Assembly: GCA_020629435.1 (NCBI GenBank)
Contig: JAHDDI010000007.1
Location: 1 to 40,893, forward strand
Length of the DNA: 40,893 nucleotides
Reading direction: 5' to 3'
From: Minisyncoccota bacterium
GTDB taxonomy: Bacteria; Patescibacteriota; Minisyncoccia; Phycocordibacterales; GCA-2747955
Shown piece by piece: positions 14,973 to 24,435 of the stretch (position 1 is its first letter; every line of letters starts with the position of its first letter). The translations under genes were made by a program, and so were the position numbers. The notes below the pieces were generated by a model. That model ran no database searches, was not told where the DNA came from, and was given only the letters and a program-made list of their open reading frames with translations.

Positions 14973-17945
14973 ATGACACAAGCAGATATAGCTATTTTTG
15001 ACCAACTATATGGTCAATTAAATAAAAACCAAAAGCTGGCCGTTGACACTATTGAAGGCCCAGTGACTGTTCAAGCGGGACCAGGAACAGGTAAAACCCA
15101 GGTTTTAACTTTGCGAATAGCAAACATTATGCGCATACAGGGTTCTGATATGGCAGACAGAATACTGGCCCTGACTTTTACTAATGCGGGTGTAAGTGCC
15201 ATGCGGAGTCGTCTGGCATCAATTATTGGCTCTGACGCGTACAGGGTAAATATTTTTACTTTTCATTCACTCTCAGAACATGTCATTAAGAATCATAGTG
15301 ATTATTTTTTAGACCACTTGGAATCAACCGCTTTGACTGATACAGAAAGACTACAAATTGCAGAACATATTTTAACTTCGGGAGACTACAATATCATGAA
15401 GCCGTTTGGAGCAAAAACTTTCTATGTAAAAACCGCACTTGCGGCAGTAGATGAGCTGAAACGTGACGCGTTTACTCCTGAGTCATTTTTAGAATGGAAC
15501 GAAGAGTATAAAGTTTCAGTTCTTGCAGACGAAGACAGCTACTATAAACGCAACGGAAAAGGGTTCAGTAAGGGAGACCTCAAAAAGGATGTACTAAAAA
15601 GTTATGAAAAAAACCTTGAGCTGGGTAAATTCTATACTGATTATCAGCAGCAGTTAGTAAATAACAAAAAATACGATTATACGGATATGATTATATTGGC
15701 AAACAACGCTATAGAGTCCAATCCGGACCTTTTGTACGACCTGCAAGAACAATATCAATATATATTATTAGATGAACACCAGGATACCAATACAGCACAA
15801 AATCATTTGGTGTCGCTACTTGCTAACGCCGAGCATTTAAATGGACGACCAAACTTGTTTACTGTAGGAGACGACAAACAAGCGATTTATAGATTCCAAG
15901 GTGCGTCAATAGAAAATTTTACAAATTTTGAAACTGCATTCAGCGATGTCGTTACTGTGTCTCTTCAGGATAATTATCGATCCGGTCAATCAATACTTGA
16001 TAATTCTCACGAGTTAATCTCTGCTAATTCTCAACGAGAACACACAAAACTAGAATCTCACTCATCTGATGCAACTGTATCAGTGGACGAGTTTATTGAT
16101 TATGAAACCGAATTAGATTTTGTGGCAAGTAAAATTGCAGAATTAGAAAAAACGGGAGTTTCATACGGTGAAATGGCGATACTGTATCGTGAAAACAAAA
16201 ATACTATAGAGATTAAAAAGGCACTTGGCCAGCATAGTATTCCGTCGGTGGTAATGGCAAGAGAAGATATATTGCATACACCACTTGCACAAAAGTTACT
16301 GTTGTTGTTGCGAGTAATAAATAATTTACATGACAACGCATCTGTTACTAAACTTCTATATTCTGATTTATTTAATATTCATCCATATGATGTAACAAGA
16401 ATAATTAGTGAAACACGCAAATCGGATTCAGATAAAAATATTTTTTCATTAATTTCAAATAAAGAAACAATTGCGTCATTGGATTTAAAAACAGACAAGG
16501 CGATATTTGAATGCTCAGAGAAAATAACAGACTCGATTACTCTGTTTGAGAATGACTCTTTTTTGCCAGCACTTGATCGTGTCATGCATAAAATCGGATT
16601 CATGAGTCAGATGCTGGCAGACGTCAATTCACAACAATTGTTGTCCGTGTACGACCGCCTTTATCAAGAATTTAAAAAGGTCGTTGCAAGTAATCAAAAA
16701 TCAGGTGTCAACGACATATTAAAGCATATAGATACCCTGGAGGATTACGGGGTAACAATTGATGCTCCAGCACAAGACCATTTAGATGGTGTGCGACTTT
16801 TAACAGCACATGGATCGAAAGGTCTGGAATACGAGTATGTATTTGTGACTAATCTTGTAGATAAAGTATGGGGAAACAAAAAACGCATGAAGCAGTTTTC
16901 ATTACCAACAATGTTTAGTTCTGGAGACAATGATGATGAGAGACGACTACTGTATGTTGCAATGACTCGTGCCAAAAAAGGAGCATATTTAACATATGCA
17001 CAAACCGGATCAGATGGGCGAGTGCGGGACCCATCAATGTTTCTCTATGACGTACCTGAGTATCAAAACGTATTGAAACATACGACCCCAATCGAACTGT
17101 CTCACAAACACAAACCCGTTGCAGTCTTTGAGCACAGTATTTTTAATGACGACTTTATCCAAAAAATTTTTCTTAAGCGACCGTTGTCTGTAACTGCTCT
17201 TAATAATTATCTGGATTGCCCTGGCCGTTATTTCGTAAACAACTTACTACAGGTCCCTGCGTCATACTCTCGGTCGCTAGTGTATGGGTCAGTAATACAT
17301 GCAGCCCTTGAAAAATTCTTTACTCGATCAAAAACCCACAAAAAACTGTTGGGCGTATCTGATCTATTAGACGCATTTACGGCTGAATTGTCTCGGCAGT
17401 ATCTCTCGCAACAAGAACATGCCGACTTATTACAAAAAGGATTAGAGAGTCTGACAAACTATTACGAACAGCAAATTCCGCACATGTCTATTGATATCGA
17501 TACTGAGTTCCGAATTCCTGGTGTGAACTTTACCCTGGAGACGGGGGATATATGGGTACTTACAGGGGCTCTCGACAAAATTGAGTATACAGAAAATGAT
17601 AATCATGTAATCGTACATGATTACAAAACCGGAAAACCTTTTTCCGAAAAAAACAAAGAACAAAAAATTGCACTTGAAAGACAGATAGCGTTTTATAAAT
17701 TATTACTATCATTGCACAGGGATGGTATGTATCAGATGGATTCGGGTGTGTTGGATTTTGTTGAAGCAAGCAAGAAGGGGGAAATGGAGCAACACAGCAT
17801 TGTTGTATCGCAACAACAGTCATCTGAGCTTTGTGATTCAATTAATCAAATACATAGAGAGGTTCAGGAGGGGGTCAGCTTTCTGGATAAACGGTGTAAC
17901 AAACCTGATTGTGATGCATGCCAACTGCTTAAAATTTTGAATTAA
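14973..17945 (+). CDS. UvrD/PcrA-type SF1 helicase fused to a C-terminal PD-(D/E)xK (Cas4/AddB-like) nuclease with a 4-Cys cluster
   Basis: Helicase motifs: GPGTGKTQV (Walker A), LLDEHQDTN, VGDDKQAIYRFQGA and YVAMTRAKK. Nuclease motifs: GSVIHAALE, GALDKIEY, VHDYKTGK and QIAFYKLLL. Cysteines at DCPGRYF plus C-x4-C-x2-C (CNKPDCDAC). Confidence 0.85.
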   Translation: MTQADIAIFDQLYGQLNKNQKLAVDTIEGPVTVQAGPGTGKTQVLTLRIANIMRIQGSDMADRILALTFTNAGVSAMRSRLASIIGSDAYRVNIFTFHSLSEHVIKNHSDYFLDHLESTALTDTERLQIAEHILTSGDYNIMKPFGAKTFYVKTALAAVDELKRDAFTPESFLEWNEEYKVSVLADEDSYYKRNGKGFSKGDLKKDVLKSYEKNLELGKFYTDYQQQLVNNKKYDYTDMIILANNAIESNPDLLYDLQEQYQYILLDEHQDTNTAQNHLVSLLANAEHLNGRPNLFTVGDDKQAIYRFQGASIENFTNFETAFSDVVTVSLQDNYRSGQSILDNSHELISANSQREHTKLESHSSDATVSVDEFIDYETELDFVASKIAELEKTGVSYGEMAILYRENKNTIEIKKALGQHSIPSVVMAREDILHTPLAQKLLLLLRVINNLHDNASVTKLLYSDLFNIHPYDVTRIISETRKSDSDKNIFSLISNKETIASLDLKTDKAIFECSEKITDSITLFENDSFLPALDRVMHKIGFMSQMLADVNSQQLLSVYDRLYQEFKKVVASNQKSGVNDILKHIDTLEDYGVTIDAPAQDHLDGVRLLTAHGSKGLEYEYVFVTNLVDKVWGNKKRMKQFSLPTMFSSGDNDDERRLLYVAMTRAKKGAYLTYAQTGSDGRVRDPSMFLYDVPEYQNVLKHTTPIELSHKHKPVAVFEHSIFNDDFIQKIFLKRPLSVTALNNYLDCPGRYFVNNLLQVPASYSRSLVYGSVIHAALEKFFTRSKTHKKLLGVSDLLDAFTAELSRQYLSQQEHADLLQKGLESLTNYYEQQIPHMSIDIDTEFRIPGVNFTLETGDIWVLTGALDKIEYTENDNHVIVHDYKTGKPFSEKNKEQKIALERQIAFYKLLLSLHRDGMYQMDSGVLDFVEASKKGEMEQHSIVVSQQQSSELCDSINQIHREVQEGVSFLDKRCNKPDCDACQLLKILN

Positions 17946-17946
17946 T

Positions 17947-17972
17947 AAAAGACTACCAGATGGTAGTCTTTT
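17947..17972. terminator. bidirectional rho-independent terminator between the helicase and dsbA-like genes
   Basis: Perfect 12-bp stem: aaaagactacca (17947-17958) pairs with tggtagtctttt (17961-17972). Confidence 0.8.
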
Positions 17973-17991
17973 ATTATGGATTACAAAAGGA

Positions 17992-18693
17992 TTATTTTAA
18001 TTCTGCAAGGTATGCATCGATTGATACTTTTAGTGCGTTGTAATCAGGTACTCCAGGAAATGTTTTTCCGTCTTGTGTCTGAATATATACAGTAGGTGTT
18101 CCTTGTACTCCAGCGTCTACTCCTTCTTGGAATGCTGCAGCAACAATTGATTCTGTATCCTGGTTATTGTAGCAGGTATTGAACGCAGTAGCGTCTACGC
18201 CAACTGCAGTTGCTCGTCCTTCTAACAACGAGAGGTCTGTTGAGTCATCAGATGCAAACATGTCATCAATAAAGTCAAAGAATGCATCGTTACCACCTAA
18301 TTTTGCAACACATTCAGCTGCAATGTGTGCCTCGGTTGCAGTGGGGTGCAAAGCTTGTGTATATGGTTCATCTAGAGGAAAGTGTCGGAATACAAATGCA
18401 ACTCGACTGTCTTCTGCGTATACGTCTTTTAGTTGTTGTAATGGACCATCGTGATACCGTTTACAGAATGGACATTCCATATCAGAGTATTCAATTACAA
18501 ATATCTCTGCAGTTGCAGAACCATCAATTCTGTCAGATGCTGGGTCTACTTTTTTTGATTGTATTTCCGCCGGAGCAACTGGCCCAGGATTTACATCAGC
18601 GCTTTTGTTATTTGTACCACTAAGATAAATTGCTCCACCAATTATTGCACCTGCAATAATGATAGAAATTGGAATGATTAGTTTTTCGTTCAT
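17992..18693 (-). CDS. membrane-anchored DsbA-family thiol:disulfide oxidoreductase
   Basis: N-terminal TM anchor. Thioredoxin-fold CPFC active site (YSDMECPFCKRYH) and a C-terminal GTPTVYI cis-Pro loop. Confidence 0.75.
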   Translation of the reverse strand: MNEKLIIPISIIIAGAIIGGAIYLSGTNNKSADVNPGPVAPAEIQSKKVDPASDRIDGSATAEIFVIEYSDMECPFCKRYHDGPLQQLKDVYAEDSRVAFVFRHFPLDEPYTQALHPTATEAHIAAECVAKLGGNDAFFDFIDDMFASDDSTDLSLLEGRATAVGVDATAFNTCYNNQDTESIVAAAFQEGVDAGVQGTPTVYIQTQDGKTFPGVPDYNALKVSIDAYLAELK

Positions 18694-18796
18694 AGGTTGT
18701 TATTACTTAATATCTTTCTATTTTAGAATAGTTATCAGAAAAAACAATATTGATAATATTGGTATATTACTTATAAATTTATAATTACCTCGAATG

Positions 18797-18805
18797 TGGT
18801 ATACT
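18797..18805 (+). promoter_or_regulatory. extended -10 promoter TGgTATACT, 10 nt before ATG 18816
   Basis: It overlaps the ORF-track start (TTG 18807), so ATG 18816 (MAKKQKT) is the preferred start. Confidence 0.55.
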
Positions 18806-18815
18806 TTTGCCAATT

Positions 18816-20321
18816 ATGGCGAAAAAACAAAAGACACATATTAATAAAATTGAAAAAAGGGATCCTGTGGTAGCAATCATGGGGCATATCGACCACGGTA
18901 AATCAACACTGCTTGATTATATTCGAAAGGCAAACGTGGTTGATGGTGAAGCAGGGGGAATAACCCAACATGTCTCTGCATACGAAGCAACATACAATGA
19001 TAGGAAAATCACATTCTTGGATACGCCGGGGCACGAGGCTTTTGCTGCAACACGTTCACGTGGTGCCTCGATTGCTGACGTGGCGATACTTGTTGTTGCT
19101 GCAGACGATGGTGTAAAAGAACAAACAAAAGGAGCCTTTGATTTTATTGTAGAATCAAAAATTCCATTTGTTGTTGCTATAAATAAGATTGATAAAAACG
19201 GGGCTAATGTTCAAAATACACTGAACTCTTTGACTGAAAATGGTATTTATGTAGAGGGAATGGGTGGAGATGTCTCGTACACACCTGTCTCTGCTGTATC
19301 GGGAGAAGGAATAGACGATTTATTGGAAACAGTATTGTTGGCCACAGATGTAGAGGAACTAGAGGGGGACAGAAACACACTTGCAACTGGATACATTTTA
19401 GAATCATCCCTGGATCCCAAGAAAGGTATTTCTGCTACGCTAGTTATAAAAAATGGTTCTATGAAAACCGGTCAGTATGTAACGTCAGGTTCAGCTGGTG
19501 CTCCAGTGCGAATTATGGAAGACTTTACGGGTACTCAAATACGAGATGCTAGCTTTTCAAAACCAATTAAAATAATTGGTTTTGATGAGCTTCCAGAAGC
19601 GGGTTCAGACTTTACAGTATTTGAAAATAAAAAAGACGCACAAGCTTTTAATAAAGAAATCGAAAGTCTTGGGGGTCTTAAGGAAAAAGAAATAACAGAT
19701 ACAGATATAAAAAACAAACTTGCCATCCCCTTGGTGATAAAAGCAGACGTACAAGGTTCTGTTGATGCAATAAAACATCAATTGGAAAAAATTAAGAGCC
19801 CAACCGCATACTTCAAAATTCTATCAGAAGGAGTTGGTGAAATATCAGAAGCTGATGTAAAAACTGCAGGAGCAGGAGGCGAAGCGGTGTTTGTTGGTTT
19901 TAATGTGGGAATTTCAAGGTCTGCTAAAGACACAATTGAATTGTTCGATATGACAGCAAATACATACACGATAATCTATGAACTCACTGACTTTTTAGAG
20001 GGATTGTTGGAAGAACGACGCCCACGGGTTAAGACAGAAAAAATCAGTGGTACAGCAAGAATCATCCGTGTCTTTTCATGGTCAAATAAAGGAGGGGTAA
20101 TCGGAGGTAAGGTTAAAGACGGGTTTATTGAAAAATCTGACAAACTAAGAATCATTAGACGTGATCATCAGATTGGTACTGCAACAATCAAGGAGTTACA
20201 ACGAGGTAAACAGTCTGCTGAAAGAATTGAATTAGATGACGAATTTGGAATGATGGTTGAGTCACGTTTTGAAATAGTAGAAGGGGACCAGATTCAAGGA
20301 TTTGTTATTACTGAAGAATAA
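18816..20321 (+). CDS. infB: translation initiation factor IF-2 (short form lacking N-terminal domains)
   Basis: The G domain starts at aa ~20 (VAIMGHIDHGKSTLLD, DTPGHEAF, NKID). The C-terminal domains are collinear with IF-2. Only 501 aa. Confidence 0.95.
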   Translation: MAKKQKTHINKIEKRDPVVAIMGHIDHGKSTLLDYIRKANVVDGEAGGITQHVSAYEATYNDRKITFLDTPGHEAFAATRSRGASIADVAILVVAADDGVKEQTKGAFDFIVESKIPFVVAINKIDKNGANVQNTLNSLTENGIYVEGMGGDVSYTPVSAVSGEGIDDLLETVLLATDVEELEGDRNTLATGYILESSLDPKKGISATLVIKNGSMKTGQYVTSGSAGAPVRIMEDFTGTQIRDASFSKPIKIIGFDELPEAGSDFTVFENKKDAQAFNKEIESLGGLKEKEITDTDIKNKLAIPLVIKADVQGSVDAIKHQLEKIKSPTAYFKILSEGVGEISEADVKTAGAGGEAVFVGFNVGISRSAKDTIELFDMTANTYTIIYELTDFLEGLLEERRPRVKTEKISGTARIIRVFSWSNKGGVIGGKVKDGFIEKSDKLRIIRRDHQIGTATIKELQRGKQSAERIELDDEFGMMVESRFEIVEGDQIQGFVITEE

Positions 20322-20322
20322 T

Positions 20323-20643
20323 ATGGCAAGTATTAGGCAACAAAAAGTAGCAGAAGAATTACGTAAAATGGCGGGTGAGTTTATTGCAGCAAATGCAGGA
20401 CGTGGTTCCTTGATTACTCCTACTCGTGTAGACATTTCTCCTGACTTAAAGCGAGCAAGTATATTCTTTACTGTCCTACCGGAAAGCCAAGAGGAAAATG
20501 CTCTCAGTTTTCTTAAAAGAAACAGGTCTGAATTTCGACAGTACTTAAAGAAGATTCATTTCAAGGTACTTCCTTTTGTTGATTTCGAGATTGACTATGG
20601 AGAAAAAAATAGACAAGAGATTGACATGATTTCAATTGAATAA
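20323..20643 (+). CDS. rbfA: ribosome-binding factor A
   Basis: MASIRQQKVAEELRKMAGEFI...ITPTRVDISPDLKRASIFF is the typical RbfA KH-like fold signature. ATG 20323 lies 1 nt after the infB stop. Confidence 0.85.
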   Translation: MASIRQQKVAEELRKMAGEFIAANAGRGSLITPTRVDISPDLKRASIFFTVLPESQEENALSFLKRNRSEFRQYLKKIHFKVLPFVDFEIDYGEKNRQEIDMISIE

Positions 20644-20644
20644 C

Positions 20645-20672
20645 AAAAAACCGGACTTAAGTCCGGTTTTTT
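20645..20672. terminator. bidirectional rho-independent terminator (rbfA / DUF4446 gene)
   Basis: Perfect 12-bp stem: aaaaaaccggac (20645-20656) pairs with gtccggtttttt (20661-20672), with loop ttaa. The loop and 5' arm encode the last codons and stop of the minus-strand gene. Confidence 0.85.
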
Positions 20673-21139
20673 GTTTCGTTCAAGGCTTGTTTTTCTTCAG
20701 GAGAAAGTTCTTGCTCAGATTCCCAGTTAATAATTCTCTTTGCAGATACTCGTGACATTTCTCGACTAAACAAGTGCGTTACAAGAGAACCATTCCCGTA
20801 TGTATCAACCTGTGCCAAAGAAAATGATTGATTCCCACCGACACCACTGTCTCGAAAGGGATTAAATCTGACAAGTGAAGTACGTGGCAATTTCTTTTCA
20901 AGGGATTCTATTTGATTTTTATTGTCCGCTAATTCAGTCTGCACCTGTGTCAGCTGCTGCTGTAAATTATTGATGAGTTCTGAACTGTCTCCGTGTTGGA
21001 TAAGTGGTTTGTTAGGTATCTGACGTCTAGTTTTCATCGCCGAGAGCGCCATCATAAAGGTAAGCGCAAAACCAATCGAAAGTGCTAATATTGTAAATTC
21101 CAGCGTTATGTATTCGCTTACTTGATCTATGTATTTCAT
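20657..21139 (-). CDS. DUF4446-like membrane-anchored coiled-coil protein
   Basis: N-terminal TM segment and a coiled-coil region (LQQQLTQVQTELADNKNQIESLEKK). Then VRFNPFRDSGVGGNQSFSLAQVDTYGNGSLVTHLFSRE..RVSAKRI, which resembles the conserved DUF4446 core. Confidence 0.55.
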   Translation of the reverse strand: MKYIDQVSEYITLEFTILALSIGFALTFMMALSAMKTRRQIPNKPLIQHGDSSELINNLQQQLTQVQTELADNKNQIESLEKKLPRTSLVRFNPFRDSGVGGNQSFSLAQVDTYGNGSLVTHLFSREMSRVSAKRIINWESEQELSPEEKQALNETKNRT

Positions 21140-21145
21140 GTGTAA

Positions 21146-21154
21146 AGTATACCA
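21146..21154 (-). promoter_or_regulatory. extended -10 promoter TGgTATACT (minus strand), 6 nt before ATG at 21139 (leaderless)
   Basis: The reverse complement of agtatacca (21146-21154) reads TGGTATACT. It forms an inverted repeat with 21163-21171. Confidence 0.6.
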
Positions 21155-21162
21155 TTTTACAA

Positions 21163-21171
21163 TGGTATACT
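21163..21171 (+). promoter_or_regulatory. extended -10 promoter TGgTATACT, 6 nt before ATG 21178 (leaderless)
   Basis: TG at 21163-21164 and TATACT at 21166-21171, then tgtagt and the ATG. Confidence 0.6.
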
Positions 21172-21177
21172 TGTAGT

Positions 21178-22317
21178 ATGTTTAGACGTTTTTTTCCACA
21201 AAAAAGATATTATCTTGATTACGCTGCCAGTACACCCGTCTCCAGAAGTGTCCAGAACTCGATGTGTCCGTATTGGTCAGTGTCTTTTGCAAATCCAAAT
21301 TCTATCCACCATGCGGGTAGAGAGGCAGCGCAGGTTGTCTCTGGTTGTGCACAATCTATAAAACAAGCCACAAATATGACAAAGAAAAGCAAGGTTGTGT
21401 GGACTAGTGGTGGTACTGAGTCAAATCAGTTGGCAGTCATGCATGCAATTAATTCTTGGAAGAGTATCCATGGAGACGTGCCTTTTGCTGTTGTTACTTC
21501 ACACTTAGAGCACACGTCTGTCTTGAAATATCTACAATCTATTCAGGATCCATTAATGACTATTTGTTACGTTGATATTGATCACGAAGGACAAATCAGT
21601 TACGAACATTTGTCGCAATTATTGTCAGAAAAGCCACATATTGCACTGGTCACCATACAGTTACAGTCGAGTGAAATAGGTGTAACTCAAAATATTAAAA
21701 AAATAAGCAAGCTGGTTAATTCTACAAAGGCGCTTTTTCCTAAAATACATGTGGACGCATCGCAGGGTTTACTGTACAAGAAAATTGATATGCAATCGTG
21801 GGGAGCTGACACAGTAACATTATGTGCGCAAAAAATTTATGGCCCGAAGGGTTCAGGAGCACTTTTGTGTACCGAAGGTGTCGATATAAAGAAGCAAGGT
21901 ACTCCCGCAGTGCCGCTAATTGTGGGTACCACACAAGCCTTGATTGATGCCCAGGTAAATACACAGGCGAACGTCGCTAAAATTACAAAAGTGAGGGCCA
22001 TGTTATTGGCAGAAATGAAGAAAAGAGATATTCAGTTTACCTGCAACGGCAATGCTGTAGAGGATTCGTTAATAGTCAATATTTCTTTTACCAAATCAGA
22101 AAAAGACAGTGAGCAATTAATTATCGCATGTGACCAAGTAGGCTTGGAATTGTCATCGAAGTCTGCATGTATAGGGTCTCAAAAGTCTGATAGTCGATTA
22201 CTTGAGTCAATGGGAGTCAATGCCATAAACTCTATCAGAATCAGTCTGAGTCATGATTACACAATTCGAGATATTAAGGAAATTACAAAAAGACTAAAAC
22301 AAGTAATTGCAGGCTAG
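21178..22317 (+). CDS. cysteine desulfurase / class V aminotransferase (NifS/IscS-like)
   Basis: YLDYAASTPV, HVDASQG, the PLP-lysine context CAQKIYGPKGSGALL, and the catalytic Cys loop SSKSACIG. Confidence 0.8.
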   Translation: MFRRFFPQKRYYLDYAASTPVSRSVQNSMCPYWSVSFANPNSIHHAGREAAQVVSGCAQSIKQATNMTKKSKVVWTSGGTESNQLAVMHAINSWKSIHGDVPFAVVTSHLEHTSVLKYLQSIQDPLMTICYVDIDHEGQISYEHLSQLLSEKPHIALVTIQLQSSEIGVTQNIKKISKLVNSTKALFPKIHVDASQGLLYKKIDMQSWGADTVTLCAQKIYGPKGSGALLCTEGVDIKKQGTPAVPLIVGTTQALIDAQVNTQANVAKITKVRAMLLAEMKKRDIQFTCNGNAVEDSLIVNISFTKSEKDSEQLIIACDQVGLELSSKSACIGSQKSDSRLLESMGVNAINSIRISLSHDYTIRDIKEITKRLKQVIAG

Positions 22318-22928
22318 TTTCTGTTTTTGAGAGCTTCTTCGATAGTAAGAGGGTCAGAATATTCAAGCTCGCTTCCAACTGACAATCCTCGGGCCAGATG
22401 TGAAATTTTAACCTGTCCTGATTTGGTAACGTCCTGAGTTGCGTCAATTATTGTCTCAGCGGTGTATTCTCCTTCAGGATTAATAGGGAGCCCAATGACA
22501 AGTTCATCTAAGTCAAATCTTGATAATTGTTGTAAGAGTAGCGCAACAGGAAGCGATTCTACCGGATTTTTGTCCGACAATTTAACAGTTCTGCCCAATA
22601 TAAAATATCTACCATCCCATGAACCTGATCGCTCAATATTTTCGAAATCGGCTTGTTTTGCAACTAATAATATTTTGGAATTATCACGACTGTCGTCAAA
22701 ACAGGTGGGGCATGTATGTATGTCAAAATGTGTGATTGATTTAAAAAAAAGTCTGTTGCATGTAGAGCAGTGATATTTATTTGATCGTAATTGTGAAATA
22801 GTGTCGATCAATTGGTCAACATAGTCTTGATTGATTTGCAAAAAGAAAAAGGCAAACCTGCGTGCCTGTCTTGGTCCGATGCCTGGCAATTTTGTTAACA
22901 ATTGTTGAAGAGTGTCTAACTTGTCCAT
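22314..22928 (-). CDS. recR: recombination protein RecR
   Basis: HhH motif LPGIGPRQARRFAFF. C4 zinc finger (CSTCNRLF...CPTC), followed by the Toprim domain. Confidence 0.92.
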   Translation of the reverse strand: MDKLDTLQQLLTKLPGIGPRQARRFAFFFLQINQDYVDQLIDTISQLRSNKYHCSTCNRLFFKSITHFDIHTCPTCFDDSRDNSKILLVAKQADFENIERSGSWDGRYFILGRTVKLSDKNPVESLPVALLLQQLSRFDLDELVIGLPINPEGEYTAETIIDATQDVTKSGQVKISHLARGLSVGSELEYSDPLTIEEALKNRN

Positions 22929-22934
22929 GACGGT

Positions 22935-22943
22935 ATTATAGCA
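22935..22943 (-). promoter_or_regulatory. extended -10 promoter TGcTATAAT (minus strand), 6 nt before the recR ATG (leaderless)
   Basis: The reverse complement of attatagca (22935-22943) reads TGCTATAAT. Six nt (22929-22934) separate it from the ATG at 22928. Confidence 0.65.
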
Positions 22944-22987
22944 AATTATAAAGTATTAATTCGTTGCCGAGAGCTAATAGTACATAA

Positions 22988-24379
22988 CTAGAATTCATCA
23001 TTGTCGTCAGAAACAACTGACGTGAAATCATCTTCGCCGTAATGGGATTGATCCACTTCTTGGAAAGAAGTTTTTTCTGCGTCAAAGAATAGTTCGACAA
23101 CCCCCGTCGACCCATTACGGTGTTTCTCGATTACAAGTTCTGTGTGTGCACCACGACCCGCTGACTCTTCTTCTTGTTTTGGACGGTGAATAAACATAAC
23201 AATGTCAGCATCCTGCTCAATAGAACCAGAGTCACGCAGGTCGGCCAACCTTGGTCGTGCATCGTTTCCTCGGTGTTCGATGTTACGAGATAGCTGTGAT
23301 AGAGCAATCACAGGGATATCTAATTCCTTGGCCAACTGTTTCAGTCCTCGAGAAATTTCAGTTACCTCTTGAACGGGAGAGCTATTGGGTCCGGATTTAA
23401 CAGGTGCCATCAATTGCAAGTAATCGACAACCAAGAGGTCTAGACCATGTTTTCGTTTTAGTTTACGTGCCGCTGATTTCATTCGTAGAACATTGTTATA
23501 CGAATTATCATCAATAAATATTTTTGATTCCGATAGTCTTCCAATCCCGTCTTGCAGTGCTCCGAAATCAACCTCGTCCTTGATAGAACCTGTACGCATT
23601 TTCCAGTAGTCAACCCGAGACTCAGCTGCGAGCATTCTGTCGATTAGTTGGTCCTTTGACATTTCCAGAGAGAAAAATGCAACTGATTTTTTGTGATTAA
23701 CCGCAATTTTTCGAACAAAATCTAATGCCAATGAAGTCTTACCAACGGACGGCCGAGCAGCTAAAATAATTAGATCTGACGGTTGGAATCCTGATAATTT
23801 TGCATCCAAAGATTTGAATCCAGTGGGAGTTCCCCGGAGTTTTGTCCCGCCATCTTGCAATGCCATCAAACGTTCTGATGCTTCTTTGGCTAACGCATTC
23901 ATGTCATGGAATTCAGCCGAACCAATTGACTGAGAAATAGCAAAGATTGTTTTTTCTGCTTGATCGATTGCAACCTCAGTGTCAGCCAGGTCGTCAAATC
24001 CAATACCTGATATTTCTTCTGATGCTCGAATCAATTCTCGTTTGATGTATCGCGAGTGAACTATGCCTGCATAATGTTCGATGTTTGCGGCACTTGGAAC
24101 GGATGCTGCTAGGTGCGCCAAATATACATCACCACCTACTTGCTCTAACTGTTTTTTTGTTTTTAACTTGTCAGACAAGGTCAAAAGATCGATAGGGGAT
24201 GTTTCGTTAAATAAATCCATCATTGCTTCGAATATGTATTTATGTTTTGTATCATAAAATACTTCAGGATTAATGAATTCGATAACTTCGAATAGCGCGT
24301 CTTGTTTAAGTAAAACCGAACCGATTAGGGCTTGTTCAGCTTCGATTGATTGTGGAGGGACACGTAGATTTTCTGTCAT
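22988..24379 (-). CDS. dnaB: replicative DNA helicase DnaB
   Basis: PPQSIEAEQALIGSVL N-terminal domain. Walker A ARPSVGKTS. RecA-like core motifs LVVDYLQLM and ALSQLSR. The start is moved to ATG 24379 (MTENLRV) because a promoter lies within the track extension. Confidence 0.93.
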   Translation of the reverse strand: MTENLRVPPQSIEAEQALIGSVLLKQDALFEVIEFINPEVFYDTKHKYIFEAMMDLFNETSPIDLLTLSDKLKTKKQLEQVGGDVYLAHLAASVPSAANIEHYAGIVHSRYIKRELIRASEEISGIGFDDLADTEVAIDQAEKTIFAISQSIGSAEFHDMNALAKEASERLMALQDGGTKLRGTPTGFKSLDAKLSGFQPSDLIILAARPSVGKTSLALDFVRKIAVNHKKSVAFFSLEMSKDQLIDRMLAAESRVDYWKMRTGSIKDEVDFGALQDGIGRLSESKIFIDDNSYNNVLRMKSAARKLKRKHGLDLLVVDYLQLMAPVKSGPNSSPVQEVTEISRGLKQLAKELDIPVIALSQLSRNIEHRGNDARPRLADLRDSGSIEQDADIVMFIHRPKQEEESAGRGAHTELVIEKHRNGSTGVVELFFDAEKTSFQEVDQSHYGEDDFTSVVSDDNDEF

Positions 24380-24388
24380 AGTTATGCG

Positions 24389-24397
24389 ATTGTAGCA
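24389..24397 (-). promoter_or_regulatory. extended -10 promoter TGcTACAAT (minus strand), 9 nt before the dnaB ATG
   Basis: The reverse complement of attgtagca (24389-24397) reads TGCTACAAT. Confidence 0.55.
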
Positions 24398-24435
24398 CGG
24401 TAGACTTGTTCGCAATACATGAATTTACAACCAAA

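Noticed and set aside
14973-17945. Helicase-nuclease as an anti-phage defence gene.
   Set aside because: It has no partner genes typical of defence systems. It is embedded among housekeeping genes, and its motif set matches repair-type AddA/PcrA-plus-nuclease enzymes.
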